Shown piece by piece: positions 21,360 to 29,950 of a stretch of 64,000 nucleotides of DNA (positions are counted from its first letter, which is position 1; the number at the start of each line of letters is the position of its first letter). The notes under the pieces are model-generated. The model was not told the origin of the DNA, searched no databases, and saw only the letters and a list, made by a program, of their open reading frames with translations. The stretch comes from Gemmatimonadota bacterium (GTDB lineage Bacteria > Gemmatimonadota > Gemmatimonadetes > Palauibacterales > Palauibacteraceae), in NCBI GenBank assembly GCA_965116475.1, contig OZ220691.1, positions 3,328,001 to 3,392,000 of the forward strand. The letters run 5' to 3'. Made by a program: the position numbers and the translations under genes.

Positions 21360-21776
21360 ATGAACCGACTCAGCGCGGCGCTCGTCGCCGTCTCGTTGTC
21401 CTCGGGCTGCGCCAGTTACCATACGGTCGTGAAGACCGGCGTCGAACCCGGGCCTCGACAGGTCGAAGACAAGTGGGCGGACAGCTGGGTCGGCGGCCTC
21501 GTGCCGCCGGACTCCGTAGACGCCGAGCCCGGGTGCGGCGATGGCGGCGTGGCCGTCGTCGAGACCAAAATCTCCTTTCTGAACGCGCTGGTTTCGACGC
21601 TCACGCTCGGCATCTACTCACCCATGGAGATCATTGTGACGTGCGGGAGCGCCGAAGAGACGGGCGAGACGCAGCCGGACCATGACGAAGCCTCCCCGTC
21701 ACCTTCGTCGAATCCCCACGGACCGTCGACGCCCGACGGACCGAAGCAGGGCTCCAACCGCTCCGGTGGAGGCTGA
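21360..21776 (+). CDS. Bor-family lipoprotein
   Basis: LSSGC lipobox, W.GGLV, C...VETKISF.N...TLGIYSP....TC. Confidence 0.7.
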   Translation: MNRLSAALVAVSLSSGCASYHTVVKTGVEPGPRQVEDKWADSWVGGLVPPDSVDAEPGCGDGGVAVVETKISFLNALVSTLTLGIYSPMEIIVTCGSAEETGETQPDHDEASPSPSSNPHGPSTPDGPKQGSNRSGGG

Positions 21777-21861
21777 CGAGCCGCCTTCCCCCGCCCCGGA
21801 AGCGGCGTCTATCTTCGGCGGACAATCATCCGTCGTCCTCGACTACGCCCGGAGCCAGGCC

Positions 21862-24800
21862 ATGAATCGCATCCCGCGTCTGTTCGTTTCGCTGCTGGCG
21901 CTCTCCCTCTTCGCGCCATTCGCCGGTCCCGACCGCTCACGCCCCCTGGAGGCGCAGGAAGTCGCCCCGGGAGCGGTGACGCTCGACTCCGCGTTCCTGG
22001 CGGGTTACCGCTGGCGGAACCTGGGACCCGACCGGGGCGGACGTTCGATCGCCACGAGCGGCGTCGTGGGGCGTCCGCTGGAGGGCTACTTCGGGGCCAC
22101 CGGCGGGGGGCTGTGGAAGACGACGGACGGGGGCGAGAACTGGTTCCCCGTCACCGACTTCAAGATCACGTCCGCCTCGGTCGGGGCCGTCGCCGTCTCC
22201 GAGACCGAGCCGGACCTCGTCTTCATCGGCATGGGCGAAACCTGCATCCGCGGCAACATCATGCCGGGGGACGGCGTATACCGGAGCCGGGACGCGGGCG
22301 AGACGTGGGAGCATGTCGGGTTCTCCGAATCCGACGCCATCGCCACGATCCGCATCCATCCCACGGATCCGAACATCGTCTATGTCGCGTCGTTCGGGAA
22401 ATACAGCGTGCCGAGCGAGGAGCGGGGCCTCTTCCGGAGCACGGACGGGGGGGATACGTGGGAGCGCATCCTCTTCCGCGATGAGCGCACGGGCGCCGTG
22501 GACATCGCGCTCGACCGCAACAACCCCGATGTGATCTACGTGGCGCTGTGGGAGGCCTTCCGCAAGGAATACACCATGTCCTCCGGCGGCCCCGGAAGCG
22601 GGATGTTCAAGAGCACCGACGGGGGCGACACGTGGACGGAGATCACGCGGAACCCCGGCATGCCGGAGTCGGGGGTCGTGGGGAAGATCGGACTGGCCGT
22701 CTCGAGCGCGGATTCGGAGCGCGTGTACGCCCTGTTCGAGCACGCGGACGGAGGCCTCTTCCGCAGCGATGACGGCGGCGACACGTGGGAACTGGTGAAC
22801 GACGAGCGCCGCATCCGGCAGCGCGCCTTCTACTACACGCACGTCTATGCCGACCACCACGATCCCGACGTCGTGTACGTGCAGAACACTTCGCTCTTCC
22901 ACTCGACGGACGGTGGTGAGACGTACGAGGTGATCAACAACGGGACGCACGGGGACTTCCACGACTTCTGGATCAGCCCTGAGGATCCCGCGCACCTCAT
23001 CGTGGCGAACGACGGCGGCGGGGCGGTCAGCTTCGACACGGGGCAGCACTGGACGGACCAGGAGTTCTCGACCGCGCAGTTCTACCACGGCGTGACGACG
23101 GCCCACGTGCCCTTCCACGTCTGCGGTTCGCAGCAGGACAACTCGACGCTCTGCCTGCCGTCTGCCTGGAACGCGAGCCGGTTCGGCTTCGGCGAGGCGC
23201 CCCGGTTCGGCGGGGGCCAGCCCGCGAGCATCACCGAGGGTTCGATGGAGGTCGCGTACCGCGCCGGGGGCGGGGAACCGGGCTACATCGCGCCGGACCC
23301 GAAGGATATCGACGTCTTCTTCTCGGGGACGAACAACGGACGCTACCTCGACCGCTACAACCGCCGCCTCGGCACGTCGCGCGAGGTGAACCCCTATCCC
23401 TGGTTCTACTCCGGCGAGCCGGCGAGCGAGATGGTGGAGCGCTGGCAGTGGACGTTCCCCATCATCTTCTCCCCCATCGACCCGAACGTCCTCTACACCT
23501 CCTCGAACCGGCTCTGGAAGACGACGAACGGGGGCGACGACTGGGAGGCGATCAGCGGCGACCTGACGCGCGCGGACCCGATGACGCTGGGCCATTCCGG
23601 CGGGCCGATCACCGGGGACATGAACGGGCCGGAGGTCTACGCGACGATCTTCTCGGTCGGGCCGGGCAAGGTGGACATCGACGTGATCTGGGCGGGGTCG
23701 GACGACGGCCTCGTGCACGTGACGCGCGACGGCGGCGCGACGTGGACGAACGTGACGCCGCCGGACATGCCCGACTTCGGGCGCGTGAGCCAGATCGACG
23801 CGTCGGCGTTCGAGGCGGGCCGCGCCTACATCTCCGTGCGGAAGCCGCTCCTCAACGATCGCTCGCCCTACATCTGGAAGACGGACGACTACGGGGCGAC
23901 GTGGACGAAGATCGTGGACGGAATCCGGGACGTGGCCTACGTGCACGCGGTGCGCGAGGACCCGAACCGGGAGGGGCTGCTCTACGCCGGGACGCAGCAC
24001 GGCATGTACGTGTCGTACGACGACGGGGCGAACTGGCAGGAGTTGAACCCGGGGTTCCCGGACCTGCCGGTCTCGGACGTCATCGTGGAGCACAACGAAC
24101 TGGCGATCGCGAGCCACGGCCGCGGGTTCTGGGTGCTCGACAACCTGGCGCCGCTGCGACAGGCGCGCCCCGGGCTGACGGAGGAGGCGGTGGCGCTGTT
24201 CGATCCGGCCACCGCGTACCGCTCCGCCAACGGCGCGACGCTCTCGTGGTGGTTCCGGGAGGCGCCGGAGGAGGCGCGGCTCGAGATTCTCGACGCGTCG
24301 GGCGCCGTGCTGCGCACCTACGAGCCGGCCGCGCGCCCGGACCCGACGGCCGAAGGAGACTCGACGGCGGCGGAGGGCGAGGCGGCGCCGACCCCCGCCC
24401 GCGACCGCTGGGCCGGCCCCGCGATGCCGGCCGAGGCGGGGCTCAACATGCTGCAGTGGGACCTTCGCACCGCGCCCGCCGCGACCTTCCCCGGCATGAT
24501 CCTGTGGGGCGTGCGCACGATGTCGCCGGCCGTGCCGCCGGGGACGTACACGGTGCGGCTGACGGCGGATGGCGAGGTGCAAACGACGGAGATCGAGGTC
24601 GCCCGGCATCCGTGGATCGAGGATGTGACGGACGAGGACCTGCAGGAGCAGTTCGAGTTCGGGATGCGGATCCGGGCGCGGGTGAACGAGGCCAACTCGG
24701 CCGTGATCGCCATCCGGCGCGTGAAGTCGCAACTCGACGACCGGCTCGAAGCCTCGGACGACGCCGCGCTTGCGGAGGCCGCGGACGCCCTGCGGACGGC

Positions 24801-25104
24801 GGCTTCCGCGGTCGAGGGCGACATCTACCAGGTGCGGAACCGCAGCAACCAGGACCCGCTGAACTTCCCGATCCGCGTGAACAACCGGCTCGCGAACCTG
24901 CTCTCGATGTCGGAGCGGGGCGACGGCCGGCCCGGGAGCGGGATGTACGACGTGTTCGAGATCATGGTGGCCGAACTGGAGGGCTACACGACCCGCCTCG
25001 ACGAGGTGTGGCGCGTGGAGCTGGCCGCCGTGAACCGCGAGTTGGAGCGGCTGGGACTCGCCCCGGTGGATCCGGCCGACGAATCGGTCGAACTCGTCTC
25101 CTGA
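21862..25104 (+). CDS. Secreted BNR/VPS10-like (sortilin-like) beta-propeller glycosyl hydrolase-like protein
   Basis: WRNLGP.RGGR, many S.DGG.TW Asp-box repeats, signal peptide, helical C-terminus. Confidence 0.85.
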   Translation: MNRIPRLFVSLLALSLFAPFAGPDRSRPLEAQEVAPGAVTLDSAFLAGYRWRNLGPDRGGRSIATSGVVGRPLEGYFGATGGGLWKTTDGGENWFPVTDFKITSASVGAVAVSETEPDLVFIGMGETCIRGNIMPGDGVYRSRDAGETWEHVGFSESDAIATIRIHPTDPNIVYVASFGKYSVPSEERGLFRSTDGGDTWERILFRDERTGAVDIALDRNNPDVIYVALWEAFRKEYTMSSGGPGSGMFKSTDGGDTWTEITRNPGMPESGVVGKIGLAVSSADSERVYALFEHADGGLFRSDDGGDTWELVNDERRIRQRAFYYTHVYADHHDPDVVYVQNTSLFHSTDGGETYEVINNGTHGDFHDFWISPEDPAHLIVANDGGGAVSFDTGQHWTDQEFSTAQFYHGVTTAHVPFHVCGSQQDNSTLCLPSAWNASRFGFGEAPRFGGGQPASITEGSMEVAYRAGGGEPGYIAPDPKDIDVFFSGTNNGRYLDRYNRRLGTSREVNPYPWFYSGEPASEMVERWQWTFPIIFSPIDPNVLYTSSNRLWKTTNGGDDWEAISGDLTRADPMTLGHSGGPITGDMNGPEVYATIFSVGPGKVDIDVIWAGSDDGLVHVTRDGGATWTNVTPPDMPDFGRVSQIDASAFEAGRAYISVRKPLLNDRSPYIWKTDDYGATWTKIVDGIRDVAYVHAVREDPNREGLLYAGTQHGMYVSYDDGANWQELNPGFPDLPVSDVIVEHNELAIASHGRGFWVLDNLAPLRQARPGLTEEAVALFDPATAYRSANGATLSWWFREAPEEARLEILDASGAVLRTYEPAARPDPTAEGDSTAAEGEAAPTPARDRWAGPAMPAEAGLNMLQWDLRTAPAATFPGMILWGVRTMSPAVPPGTYTVRLTADGEVQTTEIEVARHPWIEDVTDEDLQEQFEFGMRIRARVNEANSAVIAIRRVKSQLDDRLEASDDAALAEAADALRTAASAVEGDIYQVRNRSNQDPLNFPIRVNNRLANLLSMSERGDGRPGSGMYDVFEIMVAELEGYTTRLDEVWRVELAAVNRELERLGLAPVDPADESVELVS

Positions 25105-25112
25105 ACGGCTGA

Positions 25113-25180
25113 AGGCCCGGGCCGACGTTCCTGCGGGAACGTCCTCCCGGGCCTCCGCTCAAGCTCCGGCTAGCCGGAGC
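25113..25180. terminator. Two hairpins between convergent genes
   Basis: AGGCCCGGG..GACGTTCC-TGCG-GGAACGTC..CCCGGGCCT (25113-25154) and palindrome GCTCCGGCTAGCCGGAGC (25163-25180). Confidence 0.6.
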
Positions 25181-25187
25181 GGGCTGC

Positions 25188-26147
25188 TCAGCCGGCTTCG
25201 GGGAGCTGGCTCACGAACTCGATCATGCGCTGCTGCTGGTCGTCGTCCGGGAGTCGGCCCATCCCGCCGCCCAGGTTGTCCACCATGTGTTCCGCGCGGC
25301 TCGTGGCCGGCGTTACGACGGTCACGGCGGGGTGCGCGGCCGCGAACTTGATGAAGAACTGGGCCCAGGAATGGGCGTCGAACTCGCTTGCCCACTCCGG
25401 CACCTCGCGGTCGCCCACGCGGGACCACAGGCGGGTGCGGCCGAACGGGACGTAGACGAGCACGCCGATGTTCAGCTCGGCCGCGAGCGGCAGGATCTCG
25501 TCGGCCGCGCTCACATTGTCGACCGCGTAGTCGATCCCGATGAAGTCGAGCGGGTAGTCCCGCATGGCCTGGATGAGCGCCGGGTACTGCCGCTTGCTCG
25601 TGCTCGTGATCCCGATGTAGCGCACGCGCTCCGCGGCCTTCAGCTCCTCGAGGATCCCCACCTGCACGGGAGGATCGCCCAGGTTGTGGACCTGAATGCA
25701 GTCGATGACGGGGACGCCGAAGTAGTCGAACGAGCGCTCGATCTGGGCCCGGGCCGCGTCCGGATCCGCGGACCCGCCGCCCCGCCCGGCCACGTTCACC
25801 TTGGTCGCCCAGAAGATGCGGTCGGAGATGCCGAGCCGCCGGCAGATGTCTCCCGCCGCCCTCTCGGACGCCCCACGCCCGTAGCTGGGTGCGGTGTCGA
25901 ACACCGAGCCGCCGCCGTCCACCAGTGCCTGCATGACGCCTTCGATCCGCGTGTGGTCGTCGCTGAGCGCCACGCGCTGGAAGGTTGCCGAACTCCCGAG
26001 GCCGACGATCGGCAGTTCCTCCCCGGTGGAGGGGATCGGCCGCGTGATCATCTCCTGTCCCGCGAACGCGCGCAGGATGCGGGGGTTGAGGGAGAGGGCC
26101 GCGCCCGCGGCGGCGGTGGAACGGAGCCAGTCGCGTCGAGTGAACAT
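25188..26147 (-). CDS. Aldo/keto reductase with Tat signal
   Basis: TRRDWL Tat motif, GLG, DTAPSYG, ATK, QVHN, YIGIT. Confidence 0.88.
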   Translation of the reverse strand: MFTRRDWLRSTAAAGAALSLNPRILRAFAGQEMITRPIPSTGEELPIVGLGSSATFQRVALSDDHTRIEGVMQALVDGGGSVFDTAPSYGRGASERAAGDICRRLGISDRIFWATKVNVAGRGGGSADPDAARAQIERSFDYFGVPVIDCIQVHNLGDPPVQVGILEELKAAERVRYIGITSTSKRQYPALIQAMRDYPLDFIGIDYAVDNVSAADEILPLAAELNIGVLVYVPFGRTRLWSRVGDREVPEWASEFDAHSWAQFFIKFAAAHPAVTVVTPATSRAEHMVDNLGGGMGRLPDDDQQQRMIEFVSQLPEAG

Positions 26148-26331
26148 CTTCGGATCGTCCTCGTGCTGGGGTTGTGACCGGGGCACCAGGCGTGCCTGTG
26201 CCGCGCCGCCGGTCGGGTAACACTGAGTAACACTTCACGCGGCCCAACCGCTGTACCGCCTTCGCTTCCCGCTCGCGTGCGGCCCCGGCGCGCGGGCCCG
26301 TGCCGGCCGGGACGCGCGGCCGGAGGTCTGT

Positions 26332-26355
26332 TGACCATGGTCATGACCATGGTTC
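26332..26355. promoter_or_regulatory. Toxin-antitoxin operator, nested palindrome
   Basis: ACCATGGTCATGACCATGGT perfect 20-bp palindrome (26334-26353), overlapping a TTGACC -35-like hexamer at 26331. Confidence 0.75.
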
Positions 26356-26411
26356 TATTGATGGTGCGTTGAGAGCAGGTGACAGACTTCGGAGCGGACG
26401 GTTGGCAACGG

Positions 26412-26696
26412 ATGGAATCGGATCACAAGCGGCCGGCGGGCGCCCCGCGGACCATCAAGGCCTCGGAGTTCAAGGCGAAATGTCTCAAGCTCATGGATGA
26501 AGTCGCCGAGACCGGCGAGGAAATCACCATCACGAAGCACGGTCGCCCCGTGTCGAAGCTCGTCCCCTGCCGCAAGAAGCCGGAGAGCTGGTTCGGACGG
26601 GACCGCGACATCATCCGTATCCACGGAGACATCGTGGCTCCGATCGATGTCGAGTGGGAGGCCACGACCGACAGGGGTCTGGATCTCGATCCGTGA
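26412..26696 (+). CDS. Phd/YefM antitoxin
   Basis: IKASEFKAKCLKLMDEV...ITKHGRPVSKLVP. Confidence 0.9.
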   Translation: MESDHKRPAGAPRTIKASEFKAKCLKLMDEVAETGEEITITKHGRPVSKLVPCRKKPESWFGRDRDIIRIHGDIVAPIDVEWEATTDRGLDLDP

Positions 26697-27091
26697 TCCT
26701 GCTCGATACACAGATCGTCGTTTGGATCCGTACGGGCGACGGACGGCTTGGCAAGCGAGCCCGCCGTCGTATCGACAGGGCGCTCCAAGAGGGCGATCTG
26801 GCCGTATCCGCGATCTCGTTCTGGGAGATCGCCATGTTGCAGGAGAAAGCACGGCTCGAAATACGGCTGGACGTTGCCGCGTGGAGGCGCAGTCTCCTCC
26901 GGGACGGTCTGGTCGAAATCCCGGTGGACGGTGCGACTGGCATTCGGGCTACGCGCTTGCCCGACTTCCATTCCGATCCGGCGGACAGGCTCATCGTCGC
27001 CACGGCGATCGAGGGACACCAGTTGCTCACCGCCGACCGGCGCATCCTCGACTGGTCCGGCAGGCTGAGCCGGATCGATGCCTCGGAATAG
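26693..27091 (+). CDS. PIN-domain (VapC) toxin
   Basis: ILLDT, SAISFWEI, DPADRLIVATA, LLTAD; GTGA overlap with the antitoxin. Confidence 0.9.
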   Translation: MILLDTQIVVWIRTGDGRLGKRARRRIDRALQEGDLAVSAISFWEIAMLQEKARLEIRLDVAAWRRSLLRDGLVEIPVDGATGIRATRLPDFHSDPADRLIVATAIEGHQLLTADRRILDWSGRLSRIDASE

Positions 27092-27111
27092 GGCCGGGCG
27101 CAGCGCGAGGA

Positions 27112-28023
27112 TCAGCCCGCGCCAGCCTCCAGGGCGGCGACCTCGGTCATGATGCGGTCGAACTGGGTGGCGGCCCGGTTCGGGGCGAGGTTGCACAGGT
27201 AGGCGTGCGGGGCCCCGAGACGCCGGAGGGCGACGATCGTCTCCGCGCAGTGCCGCTCCGGCGTGACTCCGGCTTCGAAGGCCGACGCCACCGCTTCGAC
27301 CGGCACGGGGAAGAAGCGGGACAGCCGTTCCAGTACCGGCCGGCGGCCGTTCCGGTAGTAGAAGACGCCGAATGAGCCCGGTATCTCCAGCCGCGCGCGT
27401 CCGGCGTCTTCCAGCCAGCGCTCCGCCCGCGCCAGGTCGTGGTGGGACACGACTTGCGTGAGGTAGTAGTCCGCCTCGAACTCGGGGTCCGTGGCGAAGT
27501 CGATCTGCTCGGCGATGGGGCGGTGGAGGTTGACCCACCCGCCGAGTGACAGGCTCCGTGTCCGCTCACGGAACTTCCGCCGGAGCTGATATCCGTGGGG
27601 CACGCACCGTTCGGCCCCTCGCACCCTGTCTCCGCCCGTAACCGTGACGCTCTCGACGCCGCGCGCTCGTGCGCGGTCGACGTAGCGCAGGCAGTAGTCG
27701 AGGGGGTGGAGGCAGGTCAGGAAGGGGACGACCCGCCACGGTTCGACTTCGTTCGCGAGGTTGGCCGTCAGGTGCTGGAGGTTCTCCTCCTCCTCCTCGC
27801 CCACGGCGCTGTCCGTGAGCATGAGGAAGGCCTCGCGCGCCGCGAGACCGCGGATGGCATGAGAGAGGTCGATCCACATGTCCATCGCGCCGCCGCGCGT
27901 GAGTCCGCTCCGCGGCGGCCGGAGCTCGACCGTCATCGTCGGCGTCGCTCCACGCAGCCGCTCCACGAACCGGCTGGAGCCCGGTTCCCGGGAGGTGTGC
28001 CGGGGAGGTGTCGTGTCGTTCAC
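27112..28023 (-). CDS. Divergent methylenetetrahydrofolate reductase-fold protein
   Basis: TVELRPP, LTD, PFLTC, TGGD, YYLTQV follow the order of MTHFR barrel motifs; GTG start inferred. Confidence 0.6.
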   Translation of the reverse strand: MNDTTPPRHTSREPGSSRFVERLRGATPTMTVELRPPRSGLTRGGAMDMWIDLSHAIRGLAAREAFLMLTDSAVGEEEEENLQHLTANLANEVEPWRVVPFLTCLHPLDYCLRYVDRARARGVESVTVTGGDRVRGAERCVPHGYQLRRKFRERTRSLSLGGWVNLHRPIAEQIDFATDPEFEADYYLTQVVSHHDLARAERWLEDAGRARLEIPGSFGVFYYRNGRRPVLERLSRFFPVPVEAVASAFEAGVTPERHCAETIVALRRLGAPHAYLCNLAPNRAATQFDRIMTEVAALEAGAG

Positions 28024-28189
28024 GCCGGAGGATCTCGCCTGGTTCGTCGCCTGACAGCCCGTGGCAAGGGCCCCGCGGGGCGGGGCTTCGGATCGAAGGA
28101 GGATGCGGTCCCGGAGTTCCGTTGCAAAGCCGGCGGTCGACGGTTCCGTTCCGAGGGGTCTCATGCACCGCGACCGGAGGAGAGTGCGG

Positions 28190-28756
28190 GTGAGGGAGGA
28201 AACGGCGAACGAAACGATCATCGAGGACGAGGCGCTGGCGGAGGACATCCTCACGCTCCTCGCCCGCACGCCCGGGACCGTGCGCGTGCTGCTCGAGGAC
28301 CTGCCGCCCGACCTCCTGCACGCCGACGAGGGCGAAGGGACGTTCAGCCCCTTCAGCGTGCTCGGACATCTTGTCCAGGGCGAGATCGACGACTGGATAC
28401 CGCGGGCGCGCTGGATCCTGGAACACGGGCGCGAACAAGCGTTTCCGCCGTTCGACCGGTTCGCGCATATCGAACGCACACGGGACCGCTCGCTGGATGA
28501 ACTGCTTACGGAGTTCGAGACCCTGCGCGAGACCGGACTCGCGGCGCTGAGGGAAGTGTTCGAAGGCGAGGCCGATCTGGACGCGGGCGGACTGCACCCG
28601 GAACTGGGCGAGGTCACGCTGCGGCAACTGCTCACCACCTGGGCCGTCCACGACCTGAACCACATCGCGCAGATCGCGCGCGTCGTCGCCCACCAGTTCG
28701 AGGACGAGGTCGGGCCGTGGAAGGCGTACCTCCCGATTCTCCACCACGACCGGTAA
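28190..28756 (+). CDS. DinB superfamily protein
   Basis: VLGHL..GE.DDWIPR, GLHPELGEVTLRQLL.TW..HDLNH..QI; GGAGG RBS. Confidence 0.85.
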   Translation: MREETANETIIEDEALAEDILTLLARTPGTVRVLLEDLPPDLLHADEGEGTFSPFSVLGHLVQGEIDDWIPRARWILEHGREQAFPPFDRFAHIERTRDRSLDELLTEFETLRETGLAALREVFEGEADLDAGGLHPELGEVTLRQLLTTWAVHDLNHIAQIARVVAHQFEDEVGPWKAYLPILHHDR

Positions 28757-28767
28757 CGGCACGTTCG

Positions 28768-29862
28768 CTACGGTTTGCGGCGTCGCTCCGCTTCGGCCGC
28801 GCGGACGGCGGCGGCGAGGGAATCGGTGTACGGCGGGCGGTGGATGCCGCGCTCGGTGACGATGCCCGTCACGAGTTCGTGTGGCGTGATGTCGAAGGCG
28901 GGGCTGTAGACGCCGGCCTCCTCGGGGGCGAGTAGGGGGCCGAAGCCGCGGCGGACCTCGTCCGGGTCGCGGTGTTCGATCGGGATGTCGGCGCCGGTGG
29001 GCGTCCCGAGGTCCACCGTCGAGGTCGGCGCGAGCACGTAAAACGGCACGCCGTGGCGATGCGCCAGCACGGCCAGCGGGTAGGTGCCGATCTTGTTCGC
29101 CACGTCACCGTTGGCGGCGATGCGGTCGGAGCCCACGAAGGCGATGTCCGGCGGGTTCGAGGCGAAGAGCGACCCCGCCATGTTGTCGGCCAGCACGGTG
29201 ACCTCGATGCCGGCGCGGGCAAGCTCCCAGGCGGTGAGGCGGCTCCCCTGCAGGAGCGGGCGGGTCTCGTCGGCGAACACGCGCACCCGGCGGCCGGCCT
29301 CCGCCGCGACGTAGACCGGGGCGAGGGCCGTCCCGATGCCGCCTGTCGCGAGCGACCCCGCGTTGCAATGCGTGATCACGGACTCGCCGCCCGCAAGCAG
29401 CGCTGCCGCGTGCCCGCCGATCGCGCGGCACATGCGGCGGTCCTCCGCGTGGATGGCGTCGGCCTCGGCCGCCAGCGCCGCGGCCAGCTCTCCCGCGTCG
29501 CCGGGGGCTGCCTCCAGCCGGGCCCGCTGGCGGCGGACCGCCCACGCGAGGTTGACCGCCGTCGGCCGGGCGTTCGCGAGCCCCTCGGCCCAGCCGGCGA
29601 AGCGCTCCCGCAGCCCGTCCGCCGAGATGCCTTCGGCGGCGGACTGCCGCGCCAGGGCCGCGAGCCCGATGGCGGCCGTGATCCCGATGAGCGGCGCCCC
29701 CCGCACGCGCAGGCTGACGATCGCCTCGATGAAGTCCTCGAGGGTCGAGAGTTCCTTCTCCTCATGGACCGCGGGAAGGAGCGTCTGGTCGAGAATCAGC
29801 GCGCTCCGGCCCCCGGGAGCCCAGCGGATCGTCTCCGGCACCGAAAACTCACGATCGTTCAT
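28768..29862 (-). CDS. mtnA: S-methyl-5-thioribose-1-phosphate isomerase
   Basis: DQTLLP, VRGAPLIG, RPTAVNL, THCNAG, ETRPLLQG.RLTAWEL, ANKIGTY. Confidence 0.95.
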   Translation of the reverse strand: MNDREFSVPETIRWAPGGRSALILDQTLLPAVHEEKELSTLEDFIEAIVSLRVRGAPLIGITAAIGLAALARQSAAEGISADGLRERFAGWAEGLANARPTAVNLAWAVRRQRARLEAAPGDAGELAAALAAEADAIHAEDRRMCRAIGGHAAALLAGGESVITHCNAGSLATGGIGTALAPVYVAAEAGRRVRVFADETRPLLQGSRLTAWELARAGIEVTVLADNMAGSLFASNPPDIAFVGSDRIAANGDVANKIGTYPLAVLAHRHGVPFYVLAPTSTVDLGTPTGADIPIEHRDPDEVRRGFGPLLAPEEAGVYSPAFDITPHELVTGIVTERGIHRPPYTDSLAAAVRAAEAERRRKP

Positions 29863-29950
29863 GCCGGGCAACCTATCCGGCGGCGGGAAAGGCGCTACCT
29901 TGACTGCCACGGGACGTCCCGCAGGGATCGAATGCAGTCCAGGAGGAATC

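Noticed and set aside
21360..21776. Prophage suggested by the Bor-like gene
   Set aside because: No phage structural, lysis or integrase genes nearby.
28024..28189. Possible SAH, ZTP or SAM riboswitch upstream of the MTHFR-like gene
   Set aside because: Only short fragments resemble the consensus motifs; I could not build a full aptamer. An Rfam scan would settle it.
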